Source: Octopus sinensis (lineage: Eukaryota). From it: DNA of 64,000 bases. Below, piece by piece: positions 11,619 through 24,369 of the stretch (position 1 is its first letter; every line of letters starts with the position of its first letter). The notes beneath the pieces were generated by a model. The model did not search any database. It had not been told where the DNA came from and saw only the letters and a list, made by a program, of their open reading frames with translations. The stretch covers positions 15,128,001 through 15,192,000 of the forward strand of contig NC_042997.1 of NCBI RefSeq assembly GCF_006345805.1, given 5' to 3'. The translations under genes and the position numbers were made by a program.

Positions 11619-11837
11619 GTTTCAAGTAAATATAACTGTTCTATGAACTTTGGTCCTACAGCACCAGATGGCTTTGGTATATGCTATAACTGCCAAAAAT
11701 CTCATATTCTAATTGCTGTGTCAGCACTCAATACAAGTCCAGATACATGTTCAAAGAAAATGACAAATTCAATCCATCAGAGCCTTACTGACATATATCA
11801 CCTTTTACAACAAGAACCTCCTGTCTCTAAACTTTGA
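11619..11837 (+). CDS. CRAT: CRAT terminal coding exon (VSSKYNCSMNFGPTAPDGFGICYN...QEPPVSKL*)
   Basis: ttcattcccag acceptor; 219 nt to TGA; FGP..PDG.G.CYN motif; C-terminal SKL PTS1. Confidence 0.97.
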   Translation, partial: VSSKYNCSMNFGPTAPDGFGICYNCQKSHILIAVSALNTSPDTCSKKMTNSIHQSLTDIYHLLQQEPPVSKL

Positions 11838-13501
11838 ACTACAGCGAACAAGAATCCTAAGCAGTAAAAATTGTCAATTACTTCAAAGATAAAAAAAGCA
11901 AAATCAATTTTTACATCTATCATTAGTGAAGATATTGTAGAACACACACAGTATATAATTTCACTTAGACAATATCTAGGTATTCAACATTAACGATTCT
12001 ATGAATATATTTTGGAATACGTTATCTCTTGAGATAAGTAATAAATATTAGTGTTAGATCTATTCTAAAACTCCTATTAGAGAACTTAAACACTAGTAAA
12101 TCAAAATGACTTTTCTGTTTAATGTAATTTCAATATAAGATAATAAGATCAAATATTTATCACTCTATTAGTTTCAAGAGAATTCTTTACTCGTAGAAAT
12201 TAGTGCCTTTTAGCCAGAACTACATATTATCAGTAGTTGGCTATAAACATGTCCACTTTTATTATTTCAAGTAATAACACTAATTGGTGAGTACCACAAA
12301 GTAGACAAATGCTTCCAGCAGCAAGCCTGACTTCTAATTTAGTTTCAGTTATCTGCTTCAAGCTATTTTAATGCATTTATACTGTTACTGGGTTTAAGAA
12401 AGCCTGAACACTCAAAGTAGTCATATTCTCTTTTTATCAAACAAATACAACTCACAAATAAAATGTTATCAATAACTCCAGATTGAAAACAGAAAGCTTC
12501 TTTCTACACCTCTCACCACTTTTAAAAGATAATTTGCCATTTTACTGTAATGGGTTTTTAAAAAAAATCTTATTTCCATCAATACCCTGAGATAACACTT
12601 AGTATTTGTTTTCCTTCTAAATAAACTCCAAATGGTTCCTCAAAATGTAATTCCATGAGAATTTCCATAGCAAAAAAGTATGTGTGTACACCTACTTATA
12701 CGCACAAGACTGGTCTTAGTAAGAATTGTCTTAGTAACTGACATTTCTCTTAGATATTTATTCCTTCATTAGACTAATAGCAATGTTATATTTGTTTCAT
12801 TATTCTCTGAAAAACCAGAGGTTTTAAATCTGAGTGTTTACCATTATTTTTTAATGCATTTTACACTTAATGTCAGATAAGGCCGTTTGCCCAGTTATTA
12901 TTCAGAAATAGGTAAATTAAATCAACATTAAAGCAACAATAAGACTAACTAAGATAAAGTTAGTTTCAATGCTAAAAAAAATCTGCCATTTAACTAATTG
13001 GAAATTCAGACCAATATTAATTGTAAAAATCTGCTTGTTTTTTTTCAATATTTCATTTCATTTCATCATTTCATTTGGCAGTGCCAAACAAGGCATTGGG
13101 TTCCAGCATCAAAGAAAAGATGAATACTACACAATAAGTGAAAGAAAAAAATTTTCCATTTACTTTTATTTAAGACATTCAGATTCTCCTTTGCATACAT
13201 TTGGTGAAGAAACAATTCAGTTTTCTTCAATTTCATAATTTATATTAAATGGAATTAAATAACCATATAAGGTTCTTTCTCATCAAAAAAAAAAAAAAAA
13301 AGTCCCATATTTTCCTTTATTTACTACAAAAAAAATTTTTCCACCTGAAGAGTTGAAGAATAAAAGAATTAAAGAAAAAAAAACAACTACTTATTGGTTG
13401 ATATGTGTTCCTGTATTTCTTGAGCATTGGATGACCCAAAATATTGATTTCATTTCATGAAATGCAATATATATACCATACACACACATACATATATATA
13501 C

Positions 13502-13534
<33 letters not shown>

Positions 13535-16500
13535 TATAATTCTCTTTTGTTGGTGCTGAAATAGGTGTTAAAAGGCAGCTAATGTCCTAGAAAAAATATA
13601 AACTTCATCTGTTCTGTGATATCTCAAAGAAAACAAAAATCTTTGAAGAAAAGAAAAAAAATTTAACTGAATTCTTGATTTTGACTTTGTTTTTTTTTTT
13701 TGTGGTGGGGGGGAAGAAACTCAATATAATCAAAATATATTTACCCTTAAACTTGTTTTAAATTTTGTTGTTGATAAACTTTTTTTTAAAATGTAAAATC
13801 AAATGAATAAATTTTAACATGTTACTGATATTGTTTATTATTTCATGTGTTACTGAGTAGTAAATAAATGATTTGTTATATTTTTTAAGGCCATGAAATT
13901 GGTTGCAGTTGAAGCAAATTAAAAATTAATATCTTTATTATTTACATATTTATATTATGTTATTTATATCCATATATAATACATGTTTTGAGCAAGTGCT
14001 TGGGTGAGGGGTGTACTGATAAAACAGATTGATCCTTTACATAAATGGTAGATTTGATAGAGGGGAACCTAACTTAAAATGCTGTTACATCATTAAACTA
14101 TACAATTAAAAAGAATGGTAAAAATGGATAAGATAGTATTCTTAGAGGAACTTTTGCTGTATAAATCTTAAATTATCCAATTTAAAGAAGGTTCTGGATG
14201 AAAGATAAAATGGAAAGAAAAGCAAACCAAGGCTTTTGAAATCTAAGTTATCTTTTAATTATTAGAATTGAAACTCATAGATTTAATGAGTATTGTATGT
14301 CATCAATTTAGATACTTTGTTGTTCAGCCTCAACACACAACCCAAATTAAAAGGGGGGAAACTTGATATAAAGAGACTAGCCATGAATACATATAAACCA
14401 GCTGTTCTAATCTAACCAGCTAATGACCATAAGATATCACATGCTAATTAGGAAGAAATGTATCATGTTGCCAGTACAGCTATAATGAAATTAAATATTG
14501 CCTGTATTAATGTAGGGAAAAGTAAAATAATAAGTATTATAGCTAAGTACAGACTCCTTATTTTATTTTTTGTGTATAGTCGAACTAACCTTAGTAGGCA
14601 GCAAATTTACAGAATTGTAAGAACATAGGACAAAATACTTTGTAGTAATTGTTCCAGGTAACTCTGAAGTTTAAATTCTGCAAAGGTCAACTTCGCCTTT
14701 CATCTTGTCAGGGTCACTAAAATAAAGTATCAGTCTAGGGTAATGAGTTAGAGCATTGAATGAAATGATTTGTATTATTTTTTTCAATTCTTGGATGTTA
14801 AGACTTCATCCATTTTTCCAGGCTCTCACCACCTGCTCCTTCTTAACAAGAGTTTAGTTCAGCCCTCAAGTTTGAGGATAACTTCCTCCTACCAGCCACA
14901 TTGGACCTAGGGATGAGTGGGGTATTGGGTACTATCAAAATTTTAAACTTAAACTGAATTTATCCTTTTCTATAAATTCCTGCCTTTATGTTGAGGTTAT
15001 TCTATGAAAAGGGAATTTATAAATTATTGAATAATGTTAATAAAATTTTAGCAGGCTATATGATAAAAATTAACAAAGGGCTGATGCTCTTTTGGATGTA
15101 CAATACTTATCACTTCTTTACAACGCTGGGAAGTTTATTTTTCAGAAAGCATTTTTAATTGTAATTATTCAGTGTGGCTTCTATTTACCTAACATGTCAC
15201 CCATCTGATTACTGATCTTATTAAAAAAAAAAAAATTATAGAGTGTAAAGTTATTTCATGTTCTGTTTGAGAATCAACTATAAAATTTGAAAAAAAAAAT
15301 TGATTTCTACTTAAAAATATATATTTAAACACCTTTAATATTTATTTGTAAAAATATACACTTATGGAAATTAAATACTCATAAAAGTCCATTCTTGCTC
15401 CACCATCATTTTCTTTTTGCTGTTTGTAGCTCATGGGATATGCACATTTTTAATTTCTCCAATTAATTTTACTAAACCCACCCAAATTTCTGAATAACAG
15501 AAATCTTTTTATTCAGAGAAATGTTAATTGGGTAATTAGAAGAAAATTTAAGAAAGACTCTTTCAGCTACTGTAATTTTGTATATAATAATGAGTTAATT
15601 TAAATACAGTCTTGGGAGGATTTATATTAAGAGTTAAAGAAAATATGAAAATATGTAGTTTTCTTCTTCCAACAGAAAATATCTTCTATTTGGTCAGTTT
15701 GCATTGTAGATTTGCAGTTACCTTAGTCATGTTGGACTACAGACTGATTTTGTTTCATATGCCATCACTTGTTCTATGTCTGTTGTCAAGACACATAACT
15801 CTTCCAACTCATTCCATTTTTTAACCATAAATTTTGTAGAATAACATAGTTCACCTGCTGTGAGATAATATGAGGTTAGATATTTCAGACAGGACCCTTT
15901 TTGGTCACAGATTAACTCACAACTGTAACAATCAGGAGGGCTATAATTAATGTTAACTTGGCTAGTAACATTTTAGTTCAAGCTTAACTACTGACCTAAA
16001 GAAGACAGCAGGAAGTCTTTCTCTTCAGTAATCTCCAATCTTCATTGCAAATGAATCTGACCAACAGCTTTTAATTACATGCTGCAGTGTTACAGTTCAT
16101 TCCACATGAAACTTGTCAGACACACCAGGAAGATATCTTTCTCAATTACAGATTATCTCATGATAATGATAAAACTCTATACCTATTTCTTCTCACAGGT
16201 GTCCCACCCAAAATGTTGAAAGTTCAGGATATACATCTAAACAGAATAATAAAACCAAAATGTTATCTGTTTATTATTCTATCTAGCTGATTTTGTTACT
16301 GGAACAGTAAAACCTGCCAAATGTTTACTAGTTTATTTTACTAACCTTGTTTATGAAAATGATTTATGTTTAAGTCCAACACTGATGTGCAGAATAAAGA
16401 ATAGCAAACTTTTAAAATTACCTATAAAACAGCAGTCATCATTTTTATGTATCTTTGTAGCTTCATTTTCTTCTAACGATTCTTATTACTTTTTAATGCC

Positions 16501-17325
16501 ATCAACTTTATCACAATCATCTACAAAACAATAACTTTTCATCTATTTTTTGAAAATGTGATGGGAATGAGCCAACAAGTGATCTTGATTTACTCAATTC
16601 AATAGCCAAATCTCCTCCCATTATTTTAAAAAATAGGATCATGTTTTATGCCCTAAATCTTAGGACAACATATCAACAATAATAATAATTAATGCATTGT
16701 TCAACCAGCTACCTCTGAATCATAGGGTCTGCTTGCTCAAGCAGTACTGACCAGGGCTATTCAACAACAACTGTAATGAGAATGTAAGAGCGACACAAAA
16801 CAGATATAAAAACAGATAATTTATCACAAATAATAAAGAAATGCAATAAAATTATTAACATACATCACTGGAAGAGAATTGGAAGAAAAAGACAGTGTTG
16901 TTCACTGTATTCCTCTTCTTGTGTAAGAGCTGTCATATTCTAAACTGAAGCACAAATGCACTCACAATATCAGTTGTGGTATCAGTGATTATAATTAAGA
17001 TTTCTGCTGATAGAAATATGATTTCTTCCAGATTTCTCTTATATTCAGTCTTAATATTTATTCATTTTATTTATGTATTTGTAAGTCATAATTTTTTCAT
17101 TGTCCTTGCATTGAAATTTCTATATCTTCCAGTATATAATTCTCGTTAGTTACATTGTTGATTTGTGTCAATCAGTCACTCAGTCTATTGACAGTTGAGT
17201 TGTGAAGCAGTCTTGTGTGCTAGGCCATTATTCGCTAGCCACATGTCCCAGCCTTTCCTCAGCTAACGGTGAACTGACTGCTAGAAGAAGTAGGCAAAGT
17301 TATTTGCAGTTGTGCAACTAACTTA

Positions 17326-17365
17326 TCACTGTGACTTGCGACCAGTTACTTTTCTCTGCCTGTTC
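17326..17365 (-). CDS. DOLPP1: Dolichyldiphosphatase 1, terminal coding exon (NRQRKVTGRKSQ*)
   Basis: ttttatttcag acceptor, 40 nt, in phase with exon 7; resembles human NRQRKLGTKLQ*; double stop TGA TAA. Confidence 0.92.
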
Positions 17366-17464
17366 CTGAAATAAAAGAAACATTAGGAATTGTATTTTTC
17401 AGCTTTATGAGGCAAAACTTTTTCAGTTATCAAATTATTAACATAAATCAAATGATAAAATATA

Positions 17465-17863
17465 TCTTTATATATAAAAGTTAGGTTGTGTGTCTGTCTC
17501 CTACGATTTAGATTCCTAACTACTCCCACATTTTGCAGTGCAGTTTAACCAAAACCGGGTATCTTATAGTCGTGATTCATATCGAGCCCTTCTGGGTATT
17601 AGTGCGCGTCTACGATGAGTCTACGATTTAAAAAAAAATTTACCATCATTTTTTTCCATTTTAATGCATTTTTTCGCTATTATATAAGGGAAGTAACTCT
17701 CTAAAAATGTCTACGATGAGTCAACGATTTAAAAAAAAAATTTACCATAATTTTTTTCCCATTTTTAATGCATTTTTTTGCTATTTTTTGGCTATAACTC
17801 TCTAAAAATGCTTATATAGTTATTTCCCTTACAAACCCGAGCAACGCCAGGCGATACTGCTAG
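17465..17863 (+). mobile_element. Non-autonomous Helitron family 1
   Basis: TC start, hairpin and CTAG end, near-identical to 7769-8167; 100 bp from DOLPP1 last exon. Confidence 0.87.
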
Positions 17864-19540
17864 TACAATATATATTTAAAAAAGAACAAAAAACAAGTGG
17901 GATTTTAAAATAAACAAAGACTTAATTGAAAGACACAGACATAGCTTCACAACCATGTGGTTCCAGGTATTATAATAATACATTGAAACCTGAAGTCTTA
18001 TACAAATATATACATGGAAATGTGTGTGTGTCATTCACTGATGTATATTGGCAAAGGAGATAAATGTTGAGAAAACTGTAAAACTAGTGCTTTATGAAAG
18101 AAGTCCTTTTAGACATTTGATCTTTATTGAATTAGACTCTCCCCTATCAGAAATACAGTTAACTATTGATTGGCTCATTGGAAACCTGTAATCAATGGCG
18201 ATATTGTTCACAAATTGCAATATAATTTAAAATACCATGAGATGCTGAATTTTCTATTAAATGAAGAGTGCACAGATAATCTAACTAAATACCTTACAAA
18301 AACCGGGAATTATTTTGTTTGGTTTCATTTTATGCTACTTTTACTAAGCTACAGCTTGATAATAAACAAACTCGACCAATTTTCTCAAATTTGTGTTCAT
18401 CAAGTGTTGCTACATGATTGAATTGTAAGTTATTTTAATGTGGCAAAGAAAGAAATCTGTCATAGTGATTATCAAATTTCTCCATATCAGTTTAATTAAT
18501 AGAAAATGTACTGATTTTGTTGTATCTAGGGAGGGTCATTATCCCATGATAAGCACACACACTGGTTCTATTTCATTTCTTCATTGTTAATTTGTCAATT
18601 GGTTAACTCATCAATTGATGCAAATCTAGAGCATGTCACTGATGAAGTCATAATGGTAATGAAAGGACTTTGACATACTAAGTAATCAAATGATTAATCA
18701 ATCAATCAATTAATTAATTGGTTAAATAGTTAACCATTGACAAATAATAAAGTAGTGAAATAGAATCAGGGTGTGTCTTTATTATTGGCATAATGACCGT
18801 CCCAAGACAACACAAAATATGTTTCAATATATGAGTTCACATCAAGAATCTTGCAAACTAAATGCAGAAACAAAATGTATTGATGTAATTAGGATAAATC
18901 CCATGTGAGAAACAAATGAAGAGAGAGCTGCAAAGAATATAGTATACTGCAATAACTTAAAAAAGTATCTCAATGATTTCCAACAAGATCTTCATATAAA
19001 TCTATATTTTCTAATCTAAGCAAGCAAATCAGCAGTAATCAAATGCACTCTTACCTAAGTTAGCCTGACAATCAAGAAGTTAATCAGCCATTTGACCAGT
19101 AGTTCTTCAATACTTCCAGGACAGGACATATTCCTTTGAACTGAGACCTGATAACAAGACAATCCTAGCTGAGTGACAGACTGGGCATTAATCTTTAGCC
19201 TCCAATGTTTTTTAGGTTCGAAGGACCTAATCTTTTTAATACAGTTTCATTGAGAAAATCAACTTGGTATTTACTAATATCCGTTTAACATACTGTTATC
19301 CCTGAACTCACATTTCACTAACAATCTAAGAGTCTTGACTCTTTTGTGAGTAGCTTGAACGAGAAAATCAACAAAAAATATATCCCCTCAAGCTATTTTC
19401 AGCATCTTCAATGCCTCTTTCCCCATCTGGGGTATATGGAATAAGGACCAGCAGATTAACATGCAGGAAGGTTAATCCTATAGATATTTTGGCTTTTAAC
19501 ATAATGAACTATCAATAAATAATGGAAATGGATCCTTTAC

Positions 19541-19630
19541 CTGGCTTCACTTCTGGAAGATTTGTATTCAAACCACATAACATGAGGAATTAGAGTTGAG
19601 TCCCTTACCATTAAAAATTCACCTATTAAA
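19541..19630 (-). CDS. DOLPP1: DOLPP1 exon 7 (LIGEFLMVRDSTLIPHVMWFEYKSSRSEA)
   Basis: ttaatttcag acceptor, gtaaag donor, 90 nt; matches human EFFLIRDTSLIPNVLWFEY...RAEAR. Confidence 0.96.
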
Positions 19631-20074
19631 CTGAAATTAAAAATAAAACAGTAAAATTAGCAGGAAATTAAAGTAACGATTCAAGCAACAAACAACAATA
19701 TCATTTGTTTAGTTTACAAACATTAATTCACAACAGATTGAGGCTTTTTTCAAATATGATAGAAACAAAAGCACTATTTAATCAACATCAACATAACACC
19801 CATTTTAAAAGTAAGTATAGCTGAAGAGATCTACAATCCTTTCTACCAAAGGTATAAGGTCTGAAATTTTAAGAGAGGGAACTAGCTGATTACATAGACT
19901 TCAGTGCTTGACTGGTATTTATTTCAACGATCCCAAAAGTCAACCCTGGCAGAATTCTGAATGTAAAGATGAATGGGATTTCACCAAGTGTTATGCTCAG
20001 TGTGCTAATGATTCTGCTAGCTCACTGCCTTTGGAGAGATCTACAATACAAACACATATATACACACAAGTGCA

Positions 20075-20353
20075 CATCATCATCATCATTTAGCGTCCGC
20101 TTTCCATGCTAGCATGGTTTGGCGGTTCAATTGGGGTCTGTGAGGCCAGAAGGCTGCATCAGGCCCAGTCTGATCTGGCAGTGTTTCTATGGCTGGATGC
20201 CCTTCCTAATGCCAACCACTCCGTGAGTGTAGTGGGTGCTTTTTACGTGCCACCTGCACAGGTGCCAGATGGAGCTGGCAAACGGCCACGAACGGATGGT
20301 GCTTTTTACGTGCCACCAGCACGGGGGCCAGGCGAGGCTGGCAACGGCAACAG

Positions 20354-20357
<4 letters not shown>
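20075..20357 (-). mobile_element. RTE 3'-tail fragment with two 3' UTR repeat units, nested in the internal microsatellite of a SINE
   Basis: (CAT)n tail, ccatgctagcatgg stem-loop. Other tail copies at ~28370-28548 (-), ~39028-39192 (+), ~8190-8480, ~35325-36275, ~1830-1995, ~43080-43275. Confidence 0.85.
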
Positions 20358-20391
<34 letters not shown>

Positions 20392-20717
20392 AGCTTCTTT
20401 CAGTTTCTGTCTACCAAATCCACTCACAAGGCTTTGGTCAGACAGAGGGTAAGGTGGAAAACATTTGCTCAAGGTGTGCAATGCAGTGGGACTGAACTGA
20501 AGAATACAAGGTTGTGAAGTTAGCCTCTCAATCACACACCTGCACCAAGAGATGAAAAATAATTGTGAGAGACCTTTTGGGCCTCTTTCCATCTAATCTA
20601 AGTTAGCTACCACATGAGAACAAGACAGAAAGAAATTTATACTTAATTTGGCATTTGATTCAGACTATATACACTCTTATAAACACAAGAAAGTAATTTT
20701 TAATTATAAAGAGTTAG

Positions 20718-20940
20718 TAGACAACACTCTCAACCATTTTTTACCAATGGACTCCTTCGATTCCTATTTTATTCAGGTGGGCCTTCATATATATATTTTT
20801 ATAATTGAATATTATTAGAAATTATATAAAAAAAATTGTTAAAATAGTTGGTGAATTGTAGAAGTATATAACCAATTTTTTACACATACATTTTAGCAAA
20901 AAAAAAAAAATCTTATATGGACACCAGTTGAGAACCACTG
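20718..20940. mobile_element. Possible hAT (Charlie-type) MITE
   Basis: Right end gttgagaaccactg; left end degenerate (caacactctcaacc); no clear 8-bp TSD. Confidence 0.4.
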
Positions 20941-21350
20941 CTCCAACATTACAATACAACTACACAGAAGAATAGCTATTCAGTACATATTACACAAGTG
21001 GCATGATCTGACAAGATTTACTAATTCAAAAGGAATATATCTAATCATCAAATAGTCAATGCATAATGTATCGAAAATTAGTAAGCAAATATCAGATAAA
21101 TGCAATGTATAATTGTGTAAGACTTGCAGTATTTAGTTGTTATATTCCTTTATGTTCTGTGTTCTGATCCCACTGAGATAGACTTTGCCTTTCATTGTAG
21201 CAGAATGAGTAAAATAATGTACGAATGAAGGACTGGGGTTGATTTAATTGACTGTACTCACTGCCAAATTTGCCTTGAACATATGTAAGAAATCATCACT
21301 TTATGTTTACATGTTTATTTTTACTGTAAAAGTAGTTGACTACTCATCTT

Positions 21351-21416
21351 AAGTGAACTCACTCAAGATAACAAGTGAACTCACTCAAGATAACAAGTGA
21401 ACTCACTCAAGATAAC
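21351..21416. repeat. Perfect 22-bp tandem trimer
   Basis: (aagtgaactcactcaagataac)x3. Confidence 0.95.
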
Positions 21417-22374
21417 AAAATCATAGAAAAAGAGATTGATCACAGCTGGAATATCTTTGATAATATATCCATGAAATCAAGGCTGACCTTAGATACAAAC
21501 AATTTAATTCCAATTCATGAGATCAATTCTAACTGTTCTGTTTTCTGTTTGGACATATCTTTTACTTTGGTTGTCTAAAAATTAATAAAGGATAGCAGGC
21601 CTAATACTCCACCTGGTATTTGGGTTACCTTTGCAGGAATGGAATTCTATCTGTTGCAAGAATTTCAACCAAAGTTTCCATGTCCCCAGTTTCTGGGTTT
21701 AGAATAGGTATTTTATATCTCTATGTATCATAAGAGGCAACTTAAAAGCCTCTGCAAGAGGAAGGGTCTCCAGCTTTAAATAACTGTCTAAGGAAGGCCA
21801 GCCAACCAATACATACTAAACCCTTTTACATTTAGACTGGCTATATTTGGTCCAAATATTCTACCTGTTTCATACTGAAACTGGCCAGATCCAGCCTCTA
21901 ACACTCACCCTGTAATGTCATTCTAAAAATATACAATTACATTATCGAAATCTGATAGCTATGAAATAATGCATAAATAATTCAAAACAATGTGAATAAA
22001 TAAGACATTTATTAGAGTAATTTGAATGCTGAAGAGTTAATCACTTCTCTCCCTAGGGAACATAGAAAGGAAAGGAACCCCTTTGGTCATGAATGATCAT
22101 GGGATTGCACCTAAAAAGTTCCCCCTCCTGGGCACAAGTTTGGGCAAAATTTTTTCATGGAAGACCAGCAGTTTGCCCATGTACCACCCTCCTCTCTCTA
22201 CACCACTAATGTTATTCAAGGTAAAGGCAAAGGCCAATACAGCTTGGCACCAGTGATGTTGCAACTCATTTCTACAGCTGAGTGAACTGGAGCAACATGA
22301 AATAAAGTGTCTTGCTCAAGAACACAACATAGCCCAGGCCTGAATTCGAACTCACTACGTCTTGATTGTGAGCC

Positions 22375-22765
22375 ATCAACAACTTTTCTTCCCTGTTCTC
22401 AACTCTGGGTTGTCACATTTCTCTCCAGCTAGATCCTTGCTCTTTCAGCTCTGTGGCTTTGCAGCATCTTTTCAGATTCTGAAGCACCACATCGTGTTTT
22501 TCTGAGGGAAGGCCTTCCTCTCCGAGATTTTGTCAGTTTTGAATTGACATCAATGATTCCCTAACTTTGCTTTTTTTCTAGGTAAGGTTGTTGGCCTCTA
22601 CACAAATCTATTTTTACCTCTGGGAAGTGGAGGTGGTCCATATTAGCCTGACCCCTATCCTTTAACCTGTCCAGCATGGAAGGCCCTACAAGGAGCTTGT
22701 ACTCTCCCGGCAAAGCTCTCAGGGTCATTGAGGCACACAAGCCACTACATCACAACAAAAACTAG
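22375..22765 (-). mobile_element. Bipartite RTE-derived relic: 5'-UTR-like segment joined to an ORF2 3' end
   Basis: Minus strand ttgttgtgatgtagtggcttgtgtgcctcaatgaccctgagagctttgcc resembles RTE/BovB 5' ends; followed by RRGRP-type C-terminal sequence. Confidence 0.5.
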
Positions 22766-22930
22766 ACTTGTGGCAGCATTCAACTCATGCCAGCGTGTGG
22801 GAGTGGACACAAAATGATGGCATTGGTCACTTGGAACATCTGCAGACAATATAAAATCTACCCCCCACTTCTGACTAATGTATTAAAATCAAAAAGTACA
22901 TGGCAGTAGGAGTCAGTTATGTCTACTCTT

Positions 22931-22962
<32 letters not shown>

Positions 22963-23272
22963 CACCATCAGCAACACAAGTAATCTTATAATATCTCTTG
23001 ATGTCTAGAAAGACAAAGAATCCTTTTGTTTTCGATAGGCTTTGATATAATTCTATAAATAACTTTCAGCTCTAAGAAAAGACAATACATTCAACAAAGA
23101 ATACCAACATACCATCCTGCCTATAGACTACTACTACTACTACTACTACTACTACTGCTACTGCTACTACTACTAAATGCTTCATGGAAATAGAGAAAAA
23201 AAAAACATGTTAATTCATATCAGGTAAGAACATTTCATTAATAGGATACAAAGACAGAAAGAAGGTACTTAC

Positions 23273-23401
23273 CTTGCTGCAATAACTGGAAAGAATGGTG
23301 TCAAAATTAGATGAACTGTACAAAACCATGCCGCACCTAGAATCATTCCCAGAAGAGCACCACATAGCACTTGACTAACAAAGTGATATCCTAAGTAAAC
23401 T
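23273..23401 (-). CDS. DOLPP1: DOLPP1 exon 6 (VYLGYHFVSQVLCGALLGMILGAAWFCTVHLILTPFFPVIAA)
   Basis: tttataatacag acceptor, gtaagt donor, 129 nt; completes PAP2 motif 3 SR-x5-H-x3-Q. Confidence 0.96.
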
Positions 23402-23559
23402 CTGTATTATAAAAGAAAAATATATTCTTGATATTAATTACATATAATTTTTGCCTTCATTTATATTAGGTTTTACAAGCTTCAGTACATTTTAAGTTGT
23501 ATGTTTTTTATTCAATTAAATTTCAACAAATATTATTATACACATACAAATGTGTGTTT

Positions 23560-23968
23560 GTATTACTCTTTACTCTTTTACTTGTTTCAGTCATTTGACT
23601 GCGGCCATGCTGGAGCACCGCCTTTAATCGAGCAAATCGACCCCGGGACTTATTCTTTTGTAAGCCCAGTACTTATTTTATCGGTCTCTTTTGCCGAACT
23701 GCTAAGTAACGGGGACATAAACACACCAGCATCGGTTGTCAAGCAATGCTAGGGGGACAAATACAGACACACAAACACACACACGCATATATATACACAT
23801 ATATACGACGGGCTTCTTTCAGTTTCCGTCTACCAAATCCACTCACAAGGCTTTGGTCGGCCCGAGGTTATAGTAGAAGACACTTGCCCAAGGTGCCACG
23901 CAGTGGGACTGAACCCGGAACCATGTGGTTGGTAGACAAGCTACTTACCACACAGCCACTCCTGCGCC
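23560..23968 (-). mobile_element. tRNA-derived SINE family C with internal (TA/CA)n and (GAGTAAAA)n-like tail
   Basis: Head ggcgcaggagtggctgtgtggtaag..ggttcagtccc. Other copies 28820-29232, 48135-48539, ~1270-1625 (-); 32856-33210, ~27960-28320, ~2560-2900 (+). Confidence 0.85.
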
Positions 23969-24369
23969 TATATGTATGTATATACTCCTGTATATGTATG
24001 TATGTATGTGTACACACACACACATACACACAAACACAGATTTTTTTTCCCTATGATCTGTTGAGCTCATCATCATCTTTTGACATCTATGTTCTGTGCT
24101 GGCATGGGTTGGATGGATGGACAAGATCTGACGGATGCATGGACTGCAGCATGCGCCACTGTTTATTTTGAAATGGTTTCTACAGCTGGATGCCCTTTCT
24201 TATACCAGCCCTTTTAGAACATGTACTGGGTGCTATTTTCATGCCAGTAGCACTAGTGAGGCTGTCATGCAGCTTACAGAGCTACAAAACCCTATGCTTG
24301 GGGATGAGGGGTTAAAGTATGAGAGAAGGAAGTAGAGCAGAAACAGGTTTCTTGCTGTAAGAGGGTTTC

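Noticed and set aside
1148-11837. Choline acetyltransferase or CROT/CPT identity for the + strand gene
   Set aside because: GRTDT, DRH, Met at the acyl pocket and terminal SKL are CRAT-type features
11835-11867. Stop-codon readthrough or selenocysteine at the CRAT TGA
   Set aside because: Context is TGA-ACT, not the TGA-CTAG readthrough motif; extension would mask the PTS1; no SECIS seen
13074-13088. Iron-responsive-element-like hairpin (tttgg-cagtg-ccaaa) in the putative CRAT 3' UTR
   Set aside because: It pairs only as a CAGUG pentaloop, not the CAGUGN hexaloop, and lacks the bulged C five pairs below the loop
18625-18675. Second hammerhead candidate (ctgatgaagtc...gact)
   Set aside because: No GAAA follows the potential stem II
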